Source of the DNA: Eledone cirrhosa
Lineage: Eukaryota
Assembly (NCBI GenBank): GCA_964016885.1
Contig: OZ024740.1
Location: 8,246,001-8,310,000 of the forward strand
DNA: 64,000 nucleotides
Direction: 5' to 3'
The translations under genes were made by a program, and so were the position numbers. A model generated the notes under the pieces. It saw only the letters and a program-made list of their open reading frames with translations. It did not search any database and was not told where the DNA came from. This document shows, one piece after another, positions 51,720 to 64,000 of the stretch (the first letter of the stretch is position 1; every line of letters begins with the position of its first letter).

Positions 51720-54700
51720 TCAGTTTCAATTGTTATGTAAGTTTCGATTGATATATTAGTTTCGATTGGTATGTCAATTTCGATTAGTATATCAGTTTCT
51801 ATAGGAATGTCAGTTACTATTGGTTATCTGTTTCGATTGGTATATCAGTTTCGATGGTATGTCAGTTTCTATTGGTATGTCAGTTTCTATTGGTATATCA
51901 GCTTCGATTGGTATATCAGTTTCGATTAGTATGTCAGTTTCTAGTGGTATGTCAGTTTCCATTGGTATATCACTTCCGATTGGTATGTCAATTTCGATTG
52001 GTATATCAGTTTCTATTGGCATATCAGTTTCGATTGGTATGTCAGTTTCTATTGGTATATTAGTTTCGATTGATATATCAGTTTCGATTAGTATATCAGT
52101 TTCTACTGGTATGTCAGTTTCGATTAGTATATCAGTTTCCATTGGTATGTCAGTTTCAATTGGTATGTAAGTTTCGATTGGTTTATCAGTTTCGATTGGT
52201 ATGTCAGTTTCTATTGGTATGTCAGTTTCGATTATTATATCAGTTACTATTGGTATGTCAGTTTCGATTGGTATGTTATTTTCGATTGGTATATGAGTTT
52301 CTATTGGTATGACAGTTTCGATTGTTGTATCATTTTGGATTGGTATCTCAGTTTGTTATGGTATGTCAGTTTCGATTGGTATGTCAGTTTCGATTGGTAT
52401 ATCAGTTTCGATTGTTATGTCAATTTCGATGTGCATATCAGTTTCTATTACTATGTTAGTTTCTATTGGAATATCACTTTCGATTGGTATGTCAGTTTCG
52501 ATTGGTATATCAGTTTCGATTAGTATGTCAGTTTCTATTTGTATGTCAGTTTTGATTGGTATATCAGTTTCAATTGGTATGTCAGTTTCGATTGGTATAT
52601 CAGTTTCGATTAGTATGTCAGTTTCTAGTGGTATGTCAGTTTTTATTAGTATATCAGTTTCTACTGGGATGTCAGTTTCCATTGGTATATCACTTCTGAT
52701 TGGTATGTCAATTTCGATTGGTATATCAGTTTCTATTGGTATGTCAGTTTCGATTGGTATGTCAGTTTCTATTGGTATATCAGTATCGATTGATATATCA
52801 GATTCGATTAGTATATCAGTTTTGATTTGTATATGAGTTCCTATAGCTATATCAGTTTCTATTTGTATGTCTGTTTCGAGTGGTATGTCAGTTTCGATTG
52901 GTATATCAGTTCCGATTGGTATGTAAGTTTCGATTGGTATGTCAGTTTCGATTGGTATATCAGTTTCGATTGGTATGTCAGTTTCGATTGGTATATCGGT
53001 ATCGATTCGTATATCAGTTTCTATTGGTATGTCAGTTTCGATTGGTATGTCAATTTCTATTGGTATATATGTTTCGATTGATATATCAGTTTCGATTGGT
53101 ATGTGAGTTTCTACTGGTATGTCAGTTTCGATTAGTATATCAGTTTCTATTGGTATGTCAGTTTCGATTGGTATATCAGTTTCAACTTGTATATCAGTTC
53201 CTATTGCTATATCAGTTTCTATTGCTATGTCAGTTTCAATTGTTATGTAAGTTTCGATTGATATATCAGTTTCGATTGGTATCTCTGTTTCGATTGGTAT
53301 ATCAGTTTCGATTGGTATGTCAATTTCAATTAGTATATCAGTTTCTATTGGTATATCAGTTTCGATTGGTATGTCAGTTTCGATTAGTATATCAGTTTCT
53401 ATAGGAATGTCAGTTACTATTGGTTATCTGTTTCGATTGGTATATCAGTTTCGATGGTATGTCAGTTTCTATTGGTATGTCAGTTTCTATTGGTATATCA
53501 GCTTCGATTGGTATATCAGTTTCGATTAGTATGTCAGTTTCTAGTGGTATGTCAGTTTCCATTGGTATATCGCTTCCGATTGGTATGTCAATTTCGATTG
53601 GTATATCAGTTTGTATTGGTATCTCAGTTTCGATTGGTATGTCAGTTTCTATTGGTATGTCAGTTTCTATTGGTATATCAGCTTCGATTGGTATATCAGT
53701 TTTGATTAGTATGTCAGTTTCTAGTGGTATGTCAGTTTCCATTGGTATATCACTTCCGATTGGTATGTCAATTTCGATTGGTATATCAGTTTCTATTGGT
53801 ATATCAGTTTCGATTGGTATGTCAGTTTCTATTGGTATATCGGTCTCGATTCGTATATCAATTTCGATTGGTATATCAGTTTCTATTGGTATATCACTTC
53901 CGATTGGTATGTCAATTTCGATTGGTATATCAGTTTCAATTGGTATGTCAATTTCGATTGGTATATCAGTTTCTATTGGTATATTAGTTTCGATTGATAT
54001 ATCAGTTTCGATTAGTATATCAGTTTCTACTGGTATGTCAGTTTCGATTGGTATATCAGTTTCGATTGGTATGTCAGTTTCTATTGGTATGTCAATTTCG
54101 ATTATTATATCAGTTACTATTGGTATGTCAGTTTCGATTGGTATGTCAGTTTCGATTGGTATCTCAGTTTGTTTTGGTATGTCAGTTTCGATTGGTATAT
54201 CAGTTTCGATTGGTATGTCATTTTCGATTGGTATGTCAATTTCGATGTGTATATCAGTTTCTATTAGTATGTTAGTTTCTATTGGAATATCACTTTCGAT
54301 TGGTATGTCAGTTTCGATTGGTATATCAGTTTCGATTAGTATGTCAGTTTATATTGGTATGTCAGTTTTGATTGCTATATCAGTTTCAATTGGTATGTCA
54401 GTTTCGATTGGTATGTCAGTTTCGATTGGTTCATCAGTTCCGATTGGTATGTAAGTTTTGATTGGTATATCAGTTTCGATTGGAATATCACTTTCGATGG
54501 GAATGTCAGTTTCGATTGGTATATCAGTTCCGATTGGTATGTCAGTTTCGATTGATATGTTAGTTTCGATTGGTATATCAGTTTCGATTGGTATGTCAGA
54601 TTCAAATTGGTATGTCAATTTCAATTGGTATATCAGTTTCTATTGGTATGTCAGTTTCGAGTGGTATGTCAGTTTCGATTGATATGTCAGTTTCGATTGG

Positions 54701-57700
54701 TATATCAGTTTCTATTGGTATGTCAGTTTCTACTGGTATGTTAGTATATTAGTTTCTATTGGTATGTCAGGTTCGATTTGTATATCAGTTCGTATTGCTA
54801 TATCAGTTTCTATTGGTATGTCAGTTTCAATTGGTATATCAGTTTCTATTGGTATGTCAGTTTCTAATGGTATGTCAGTTTCTATTGGTATATCAGCTTC
54901 GATTAGTATATCAGTTTCAATTGGTATGTCAGTTTCGATTGGTATGTCAGTTTCGATTGGTTTATCAGTTCCGATTGGTATGTAAGTTTTGATTGGTATG
55001 TCAGTTTCGATTGGTATATCAGTTTCGATTGTTATATCAGTCTCAATTGATTTATCAGTTTCGAATAGTATGTCAGTTTCTATTGGTATATCAGCTTCGA
55101 TTGGTATATCACTTTCGATTAGTATGTCAGTTTCTATTGGTATGTCAGTTTTGATTGGTATATCAGTTTCGATTTGTATATCAGTTCCTATTGCTATATC
55201 AGTTTCTATTGGTATGTCAGTTTCAATTGGTATGTAAGTTTCGATTGATATATCAGTTTCGATTGGTATGTCAGTTTCGATTGGTATATCAGTTTCGATT
55301 GGTATGTCAGTTTCTATAGGAATGTCAGTTACTATTGGTTATCTGTTTCGATTGGTATATCAGTTTCGATGGTATGTCAGTTTCTATTGGTATGTCAGTT
55401 TCTATTGGTATATCAGCTTCGATTGGTATATCAGTTTCGATTAGTATGTCAGTTTCTAGTAGTATGTCAGTTTCCATTGGTATATCACTTCCGATTGGTA
55501 TTTCAATTTCGATTGGTATATCAGTTTGTATTGGTATCTCAGTTTCGATTGGTATGTCAGTTTCTATTGGTATGTCAGTTTCTATTGGTATATCAGCTTC
55601 GATTGGTATATCAGTTTCGATTAGTATGTCAGATTCTAGTGGTATGTCAGTTTCCATTGGTATATCACTTCCGATTGGTATGTCAATTTCGATTGGTATA
55701 TCAGTTTCTATTGGTATATCAGTTTCCATTGGTATGTCAGTTTCTATTGGTATATCGGTCTCGATTCGTATATCAATTTCGATTGGTATATCAGTTTCTA
55801 TTGGTATATCACTTCCGATTGGTATGTCAATTTCGATTGGTATATCAGTTTCAATTGGTATGTCAATTTCGATTGGTATATCAGTTTCTATTGGTATATT
55901 AGTTTCGATTGATATATCAGTTTTGATTAGTATATCAGTTTATACTGGTATGTCAGTTTCGATTAGTATATCAGTTTCTATTGGTATGTCAGTTTCAATT
56001 GGTATGTCAGTTTCGATTATTATATCAGTTACTATTGGTATGTCAGTTTCGATTGGTATGTCAGTTTCGATTGGTATCTCAGTTTGTTTTGGTATGTCAG
56101 TTTCGATTGGTATATCAGTTTCGATTGGTATGTCAGTTTCGATTGGTATGTCAATTTCGATGTGTATATCAGTTTCTATTAGTATGTTAGTTTCTATTGG
56201 AATATCACTTTCGATTGGTATGTAAGTTTCGATTGATATATCAGTTTCGATTGGTATGTCAGTTTCTATTGGTATATCAGTTTCGATTGGTATGTCAGTT
56301 TCTATTGGTATGTCAGTTTCTATTGGTATATCAGTTTCGATTGGTATATCAGTTTCGATTGATATATCGCTTTCGAGTAGTATGTCAGTTTCTACTGGTA
56401 TGTCAGTTTCGATTAGTATATCAGTTTCTATTGGTATGTCAGTTTCGATTGGTATATCAGTTTCGATTTGTATATCAGTTCCTATTGCTATATCACTTTC
56501 TATTGGTATGTCAGTTTCAATTGGTATGTAAGTTTCGATTGATATATCAGTTTCGATTGGTATGTCAGTTTTGATTGGTATATCAGTTTCGATTGGTATG
56601 TCAATTTCAATTAGTATATCAGTTTCTATTTGTATATCAGTTTCGATTGGTATGTCAGTTTTGATTAGTATATCAGTTTCTATAGGTATGTCAATTTCTA
56701 TTGGTATATCTGTTTTGATTGGTATATCAGTTTCTATTGGTATATCAGTTTCGATTGATATATCAGTTTCGATTTGTATGTCTGTTTCTACTGGTATGTC
56801 AGTTTCGATTAGTATGTCAGTTTCTATTGGTAAATAAGTTTCTATTGGTATATCAGTTTCGATTGGTATATCAGTTTCGATTAGTATGTCAGTTTCTATT
56901 GGTATGTTAGTTTCGATTAATATATCAGTTTCTATTGGTATGTCAGTTTTCATTGGTACATCAGTTTCGAGTGGTATGTCAGTTTCGATTGGTATGTCAG
57001 TTTCGATTGGTATATCAGTTCCGATTGGTATGTCAGTTTCGATTGGTATGTCAGTTTCGATTGGTATATCAGTTTCGATTGGTATGTCGGTTTTGATTGG
57101 TATGTCAATTTCGATTGGTATATAAGTATCTATTGGTGTGTCAGTTTCGAGTGGTAAGTCAGTTTCTATTGGTATATCAGTTTCGATTAATATATCAGTT
57201 TCGATTAGTATGTCAGTTTCTACTGGTATGTCAGTTTCGATTAGTATATCAGTTTCTAATGGTATGTCAGTTTCTATTGGTTTATCAGATTCGATTGGTA
57301 TATCACTTTCGATTAGTATGTCAGTTTCTATTGGTATGTCAGTTTCGATTGGTATATCAGTTTCGATTGGGATGTCAGTTTCGATTAATATATCAGTTTC
57401 TATTGGTATGTCAGTTTCGATTGGTATATCAAATTCGATTTGTATATCAGTTTCGATGGTATGTCAGTTTCGATTGGTGTATCAGTTTCTATTGGTATAT
57501 CAGTTTCGATTAATATATCAGTTTCGATTAGTATGTCAGTTTCTACTGGTATGTCGGTTTCGATTGGTATGTAAGTTTCGATTCGTATATCAGTTTCGAT
57601 TGGTATGTCAGTTTCGATTGGTATATCAGTTTCGATTGGTATGTCAATTTCAATTAGTATGTCAGTTTCTATTGGTATATCAGTTTCGATTGGTATGTCA

Positions 57701-60700
57701 GTTTAGATTAGTATATCAGTTTCTATAGGTATGTCAGTTTCTATTTTTATATCAGTTTCGATTGGCATATCTGTTTTGATGGTATGTCAGTTTCGATTGG
57801 TGTATCAGTTCTATTTGTATGTCAGTTTCGATTTGTATATCAGTTTCTATTGGTATGTCAGTTTCGATTCGTATGTCAGTTTCTATTGGTATGTTAGTTT
57901 CGATTGGTATGTCAGTTTCTATTGGTATGTCAATTTCAATTGGTATATAAGTTTAGATTAGTATGTCAGTTTCTATTGGTATATCAGTTTCGATTGGTAT
58001 ATTAGTTTCGATTAGTATATCAGTTTCTATAGGTATGTTAGTTTCTATTGGTATATCAGTTTCGACTGGTATATCAGTTTCGATTAGAATGTCAGTTTTG
58101 ATTGTTATGTCAGTTTCGATTTGCATATCAGTTCCTATTGGTATGTCAGTTTTGATTGGTATGTCAGTTTCGATTGGTATATCAGTTTCGATTGGTATGT
58201 CAGTTTCGATTGGTATGTCAATTTCGATTGGTATATCAGTTTCTATAGGTATGTCAGTTTCGATTGTTATGTCAGGTTCTATTGGTATATCAGTTTCGAT
58301 TGGTATATCAGTTTCGATTTGTATGTCAGTTTCTACTGGTATGTCAGTTTCGATTAGTATATTAGTTTCTATTGGTATGTCAGTTTCGATTGGTATATCA
58401 GTTTTGATTTGTATATCAATTCGTATTGCTATATCAGTTTCTATTGGTATGTCAGTTTCAATTGGTATATCAGTTTTTATTGGTATGTCAGTTTCTAATG
58501 GTATGTCAGTTTCTATTGGTATATCAGCTTCGATTGGTATATCACTTTCGATTAGTATGTCAGTTTCTATTGGTATGTCAGTTTTGATTGGTATATCAGT
58601 TCCGATTGGTATGTAAGTTTTGATTGGTATGTCAGTTTCGATTGGTATATCAGTTTCGATTGGTATATCAGTTTCTATTGGTATGTCAGTTTCTATTGGT
58701 ATGTCAGTTTCTATTGGTATATCAGTTTCGATTGGTATATCAGTTTCGATTGATATATAAGTTTCGAATAGTATGTCAGTTTCTACTGGTATGTCAGTTT
58801 CGATTAGTATATCAGTTTCTATTGGTATGGCAGTTTCTAATGGTATGTCAGTTTCTATTGGTATATCAGCTTCGATTGGTATATCACTTTCGATTAGTAT
58901 GTCAGTTTCTATTTGTACGTCAGTTTTGATTGGTATATCAGTTTCAATTGGTATGTCAGTTTCGATTGGTATGTCAGTTTCGATTGGTTTATCAGTTCCG
59001 ATTGGTATGTAAGTTTTGATTGGTATGTCAGTTTCGATTGGTATATCAGTTTCGATTGGTATATCAGTTTCTATTGGTATGTCAGTTTCTATTGGTATGT
59101 CAGTTTCTATTGGTATATCAGTTTCGATTGGTATATCAGTTTCGATTGATATATCAGTTTCGAATAGTATGTCAGTTTCTACTGGTATGTCAGTTTCGAT
59201 TGGTATATCAGTTTCGATTTGTATATCAGTTCCTATTGCTATATCAGTTTCTATTGGCATGTCAGTTTCAATTGGTATGTAAGTTTCGATTGATATATCA
59301 GTTTCGATTGGTATGTCAGTTTTGATTGGTATATCAGTTTCGATTGGTATGTCAATTTCAATTAGTATATCAGTTTCTATTTGTATATCAGTTTCGATTG
59401 GTATGTCAGTTTCGATTAGTATATCAGTTTCTATAGGTATGTCAATTTCTATTGGTATATCTGTTTCGATTGGTATATCAGTTTCTATTGGTATATCAGT
59501 TTCGATTGATATATCAGTTTCGATTTGTATGTCTGTTTCTACTGGTATGTCAGTTTCGATTAGTATGTCAGTTTCTATTGGTATGTCAGTTTCTATTGGT
59601 ATATCAGTTTCGATTGGTATATCAGTTTCGATTAGTATGTCAGTTTCTATTGGTATGTTAGTTTCGATTAATATATCAGTTTCTATTGGTATGTCAGTTT
59701 TCATTGGTACATCAGTTTCGAGTGGTATGTCAGTTTCGATTGGTATGTCAGTTTCTATTGGTATATCAGTTTCGATTGGTATGTCGGTTTCGATTGGTAT
59801 GTCAATTTCGATTGGTATATAAGTATCTATTGGTATGTCAGTTTCGACTGGTAAATCAGTTTCTATTGGTATATCAGATTCGATTGGTATATCACTTTCG
59901 ATTAGTATGTCAGTTTCTATTGGTATGTCAGTTTCGATTGGTATGTCAGTTTCGATTGGTATATCAGTTTCGATTGGGATGTCAGTTTCGATTAGTATAT
60001 CAGTTTCTATTGGTATGTCAGTTTCGATTGGTATATCAATTTCGATTTGTATATCAGTTTCGATGGTATGTCAGTTTCGATTGGTGTATCAGTTTCTATT
60101 GGTATATCAGTTTCGATTAATATATCAGTTTCGATTAGTATGTCAGTTTCTACTGGCATGTCAGTTTCGATTAGTATATCAGTTTCTAATGGTATGTCAG
60201 TTTCTATTGGTATATCAGATTCGATTGGTATATCACTTTCGATTAGTATGTCAGTTTCTACTGGTATGTCAGTTTCGATTGGTATGTCAGTTTCGATTGG
60301 TATATCAGTTTCGATTGGTATGTCAATTTCAATTAGTATGTCAGTTTCTATAGGTATATCAGTTTCGATTGGAATGTCAGTTTAGATTAGTATATCAGTT
60401 TCTATAGGTATGTCAGTTTCTATTGTTATATCAGTTTCGATTGGTATGTCAGTTTCGATTAGTATATCAGTTTCTATAGGTATTTCAATTTCTATTGGTA
60501 TATCTGTTTCGATTGGTATATCAGTTTCGATTAGTATGTCAGTTTCTATTGGTATGTCAGTTTCTACTAGTATGTCAGTTTTTACTAGTATGTCAGTTTC
60601 GATTAGTATATCAGTTTCTATTGTTATGTCAGTTTCTATTGGTATATCAGTTTCGATTGGTATATCAGTTTCGATTAGTATGTCAGTTTCTATTGGTATG

Positions 60701-61759
60701 TTAGTTTCGATTAGTATATCAGTTTCTATTGGTATGTCAGTTTCGATCGGTATGTCAGTTCCTATTGATATATCAGTTTCGATTGGTATATCAGTTTCGA
60801 TTGGTATATCAGTTTCGATTGGTATGTCAGTTTCTATTGGTATATCATTTTCTATTGGTATGTCAGTTTTGATTGGTATATCAGTTTCGATTTGTATGTC
60901 AGTTTCGATTGGTATGTCAGTTTCGATTGGTATATCAGTTCCGATTGGTATGTCAGTTTCGATTGGTATGTCAGTTTCGATTGGTATATCAGTTTTGATT
61001 GGTATGTCAGTTTCGATTGGTATGTCAATTTCAATTGGTATATCAGTTTCTATTGGTATGTCAGTTTCGATTGTTATGTCAGGTTCTGTTGGTATATCAG
61101 TTTCGATTGGTATATCAGTTTCGATTGGTATGTCAGTTTCTACTGGTATGTCAGTTTCGATTAGTATATTAGTTTCTATTGGTATGTCAGTTTCGATTGG
61201 TATATCAGTTTCGATTTGTATATCAATTCGTATTGCTATATCAGTTTCTATTGGTATGTCAGTTTCAATTGGTATATCAGTTTTTATTGGTATGTCAGTT
61301 TCTAATGGTATGTCAGTTTCTATTGGTATATCAGCTTCGATTGGTATATCACTTTCGATTAGTATGTCAGTTTCTATTGGTATATCAGTTTCAATTGGTA
61401 TGTCAGTTTCGATTGGTATGTCAGTTTCGATTGGTTTATCTGTTCCGATTGGTATGTAAGTTTTGATTGGTATGTCAGTTTCGATTGGTATATCAGTTTC
61501 GATTGGTATATCAGTTTCTATTGGTATGTCAGTTTCTATTGGTATGTCAGTTTCTATTGGTATATCAGTTTCGATTGATATATCAGTTTCGATTGATATA
61601 TCAGTTTCGAATAGTATGTCAGTTTCTACTGGTATGTCAGTTTCGATTAGTATATCAGTTTCTATTGGTATGTCAGTTTCTAATGGTATGTCAGTTTCTA
61701 TTGGTATATCAGCTTCGAGTGGTATATCACTTTCGATTAGTATGTCAGTTTCTATTTGT

Positions 61760-63033
61760 ATTCCAAACATGGAAGCACGGCCTAGAGTCAAAAGGACTTA
61801 AAATTAACCTGGCTAAGACCAAAGTTCTAGTTTGTAGGAAAGAAAACAAGGCGGCGGTCCCTTCTGGGAAATGGTCGTGCTCGGTGTGTAGGAAAGGCGT
61901 AGGTAGAAACTCCATTTTGTGTCCTAAATGCAAAGTATGGGTGCATAAAAGATGTAGTGGGATCACAGGTAAGCTAACTAAGAACATAGATTTTACATGT
62001 GGCCGGTGTTCTGGTGCAATAAGTAGCAGCAAGTGCCCACACAATACTAGCTCTTTCAATTGCGCAGAGGGTTCTATAGAAATAGTGGACAGCTTCCGTT
62101 ACCTGGGCGATAAAATCAGCAGTGGGGGAGGGTGCTCTGAAAGTACTGTAGCTAGAGTCAGAACTGGTTGGAAAAAGTTCAGAGAGCTTATACCACTATT
62201 AGCTGCTAAAGGGTTCTCCCTAAAAATGAAAGGCAGGTTGTACGATGCCTGCATACGAACAGCAATGTTGCATGGTAGTGAGACCTGGGCATTGTGTGCA
62301 GAGGATATACGCAGACTAGAGAGGAACGAAGCTTGCATGCTCCGCTGGATGTGTAACAGTAATATACGTGAACGGCAAAGCATAAACGAACTAAGGAAAA
62401 AATTAGAGATAAGAGGGATCAGATGTTGTTTACTCGAGAGAAGGCTACGTTGGTATGGACACGTGATGCGCATGAAAGTCGATAGCTGTATAACAAAGTG
62501 CAGGGCAATAAAGATAGACGGTAGCCACGGAATAGGCAGACCTAGAAAAACCTGGGACGAGCTGATAAACTCCGACCTCACACACTTACACCTCTCCAAG
62601 ACAATGTCACTGGACCGAGACCTTTGGCGGTACTCAGTAACAGAGAAGACCCGCCTTGCCAGTAGGCATCTCTAACAAAATACACCCCGTCCCACCACCA
62701 CCACCCCCACCCCATCCACACCACCCCGTCCTATGTAAAGTTATGTTGGTGCCGCGCCATCCGGGCCGAAACAAATGAGATCGTGTAGGTGTCACGACAA
62801 AAAAACACACAGTCCACGCTGTAATGTGGCCGTGTAGGCAACACGGTAAAAACCTCCCAGACCCACACTGTAAATGTGGTTGGTGTTAGGAAGGGCATCC
62901 AACTGTAGAAAACCTGCCAGACAGTCCTATGCGAGCAAGACAATCACTCTTGCCTCAAGTGGGACTACCCCCGTCCAAACCCATGCAAGCGTGGAACACG
63001 GACGTTAAACGTTGATGATGATGATGATGATGA
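61760..63033 (+). mobile_element. RTE-like LINE, diverged subfamily B, 5'-truncated (~1.27 kb)
   Basis: Open frame FQTWK...to TAA at 62675 is homologous to the A ORF with many synonymous changes. Related 3' UTR and (GAT)n tail. Essentially no TSD relative to the paralogous empty site ATTTGTACGTCAGTTTTGAT at ~58911. Confidence 0.93.
61761..62675 (+). pseudogene. C-terminal part of the family B RT ORF (PHD-type finger, thumb and C-terminal region)
   Basis: WSCSVCRKGVGRNSILCPKCKVWVHKRC..FTCGRC, FRYLG, RRLRWYGHVMR, GRPRKTW. No stops or frameshifts. Confidence 0.88.
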
Positions 63034-64000
63034 CGTCAGTTTTGATTGCTATATCAGTTTCAATTGGGATGTCAGTTTCGATTGGTATGTCAGTTTCGAT
63101 TGGTTTATCAGTTCCGATTGGTATGTAAGTTTTGATTGGTATGTCAGTTTCGATTGGTATATCTGTTTCGATTGGTATATCAGTTTCTATTGGTATGTCA
63201 GTTTCTATTGGTATGTCAGTTTCTATTGGTATATCAGTTTCGATTGGTATATCAGTTTCCATTGATATATCAGTTTCGAATAGTATGTCAGTTTCTACTG
63301 GTATGTCAGTTTCGATTAGTATATCAGTTTCTATTGGTATGTCAGTTTCGATTGGTATATCAGTTTCGATTTGTATATCAGTTCCTATTGCTATATCAGT
63401 TTCTATTGGTATGTCAGTTTCAATTGGTATGTAAGTTTCGATTGATATATCAGTTTCGATTGGTATGTCAGTTTCGATTGGTATATCAGTTTCGATTGGT
63501 ATGTCAATTTCAATTAGTATATCAGTTTCTATTGGTATATCAGTCTAGATTGGTAGGTCAGTTTCGATTAGTATATCAATCTCTATAGGTATGTCAATTT
63601 CTATTGGTATATCTGTTTCGATTGGTATATCAGTTTCGATTAGTATGTCAGTTTCTATTGGTATGTCAGTTTCTACTAGTATGTCAGTTTCTACTAGTAT
63701 GTCAGTTTCGATTAGTATATCAGTTTCTATTGGTATGTCAGTTTCTATTGGTATATCAGTTTCGATTGGTATATCAGTTTCGATTAGTATGTCAGTTTCT
63801 ATTGGTATGTTAGTTTCGATTAGTATATCAGTTTCTATTGGTATGTCAGTTTCGATCGGTATGTCAGTTCCTATTGATATATCAGTTTCGATTGGTATAT
63901 CAGTTTCGATTGGTATGTCAGTTTCTATTGGTATATCATTTTCTATTGGTATGTCAGTTTTGATTGGTATATCAGTTTCGATTTGTATCTCAGTTTCGAT

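Larger units (their letters stand above)
40755..55188. repeat. Tandem segmental duplication, two units of ~7.2 kb (junction ~47915), each with one SINE
   Basis: Offsets of +7157 (40955/48112) and then +7265 (43061/50326, 44120/51385, 47724/54989). The 108-bp difference equals 6 monomers. Confidence 0.9.
1..64000 (+). repeat. 18-bp tandem satellite array (consensus TRTCAGTTTCKATTGGTA), continuing past both window edges and interrupted by retroposons
   Basis: Continuous 18-bp periodicity in a single orientation. Main variant sites are TATRTC, TTCKAT, TCGA>TTGA/TCAA and TGGT>TAGT. The 6-aa periodic ORFs in all frames reflect the monomer. Confidence 0.99.

Noticed and set aside
98-63813. Hundreds of ORFs with SVSIG(M/I), IETDIP, YQFRLV or WYISFD hexapeptide repeats
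   Set aside because: Translation of an 18-bp (6-codon) satellite. They are open in several frames on both strands and broken at random by stops and 17/19-bp monomers, with no sign of codon-level constraint.
1-64000. CRISPR array
   Set aside because: Repeats are head-to-tail with no unique spacers, there are no cas genes, and the context is eukaryotic retroposons.

Overview
Eukaryotic (animal) heterochromatin-like DNA with no host genes. About 88% of the window is one head-to-tail 18-bp satellite (consensus TRTCAGTTTCKATTGGTA), all in one orientation. It is organised into higher-order blocks and tandem segmental duplications of about 8.46, 2.86 and 7.2 kb. Eight retroposon copies from six independent insertions interrupt the array. 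Five are 5'-truncated copies of one RTE-like non-LTR retrotransposon (subfamily A), one is a diverged sister family (B), and two are duplicated copies of a tRNA-derived CORE-like SINE that carries the LINE's 3' UTR. All end in (GAT)n tails. The most notable points are: (i) a canonical C4-H-C3 PHD-type finger sits inside the reverse-transcriptase ORF; (ii) all six independent 3' junctions fall at the same phase of the 18-mer; (iii) LINE and SINE share covarying 3' hairpin modules, one of which resembles the end of the CORE domain. The repeats resemble ones I recall from octopus genomes, but this taxon is an unverified inference. The many SVSIGM/IETDIP/YQFRLV ORFs are satellite artefacts. All coordinates were read by eye, and junctions are uncertain by a few bp.
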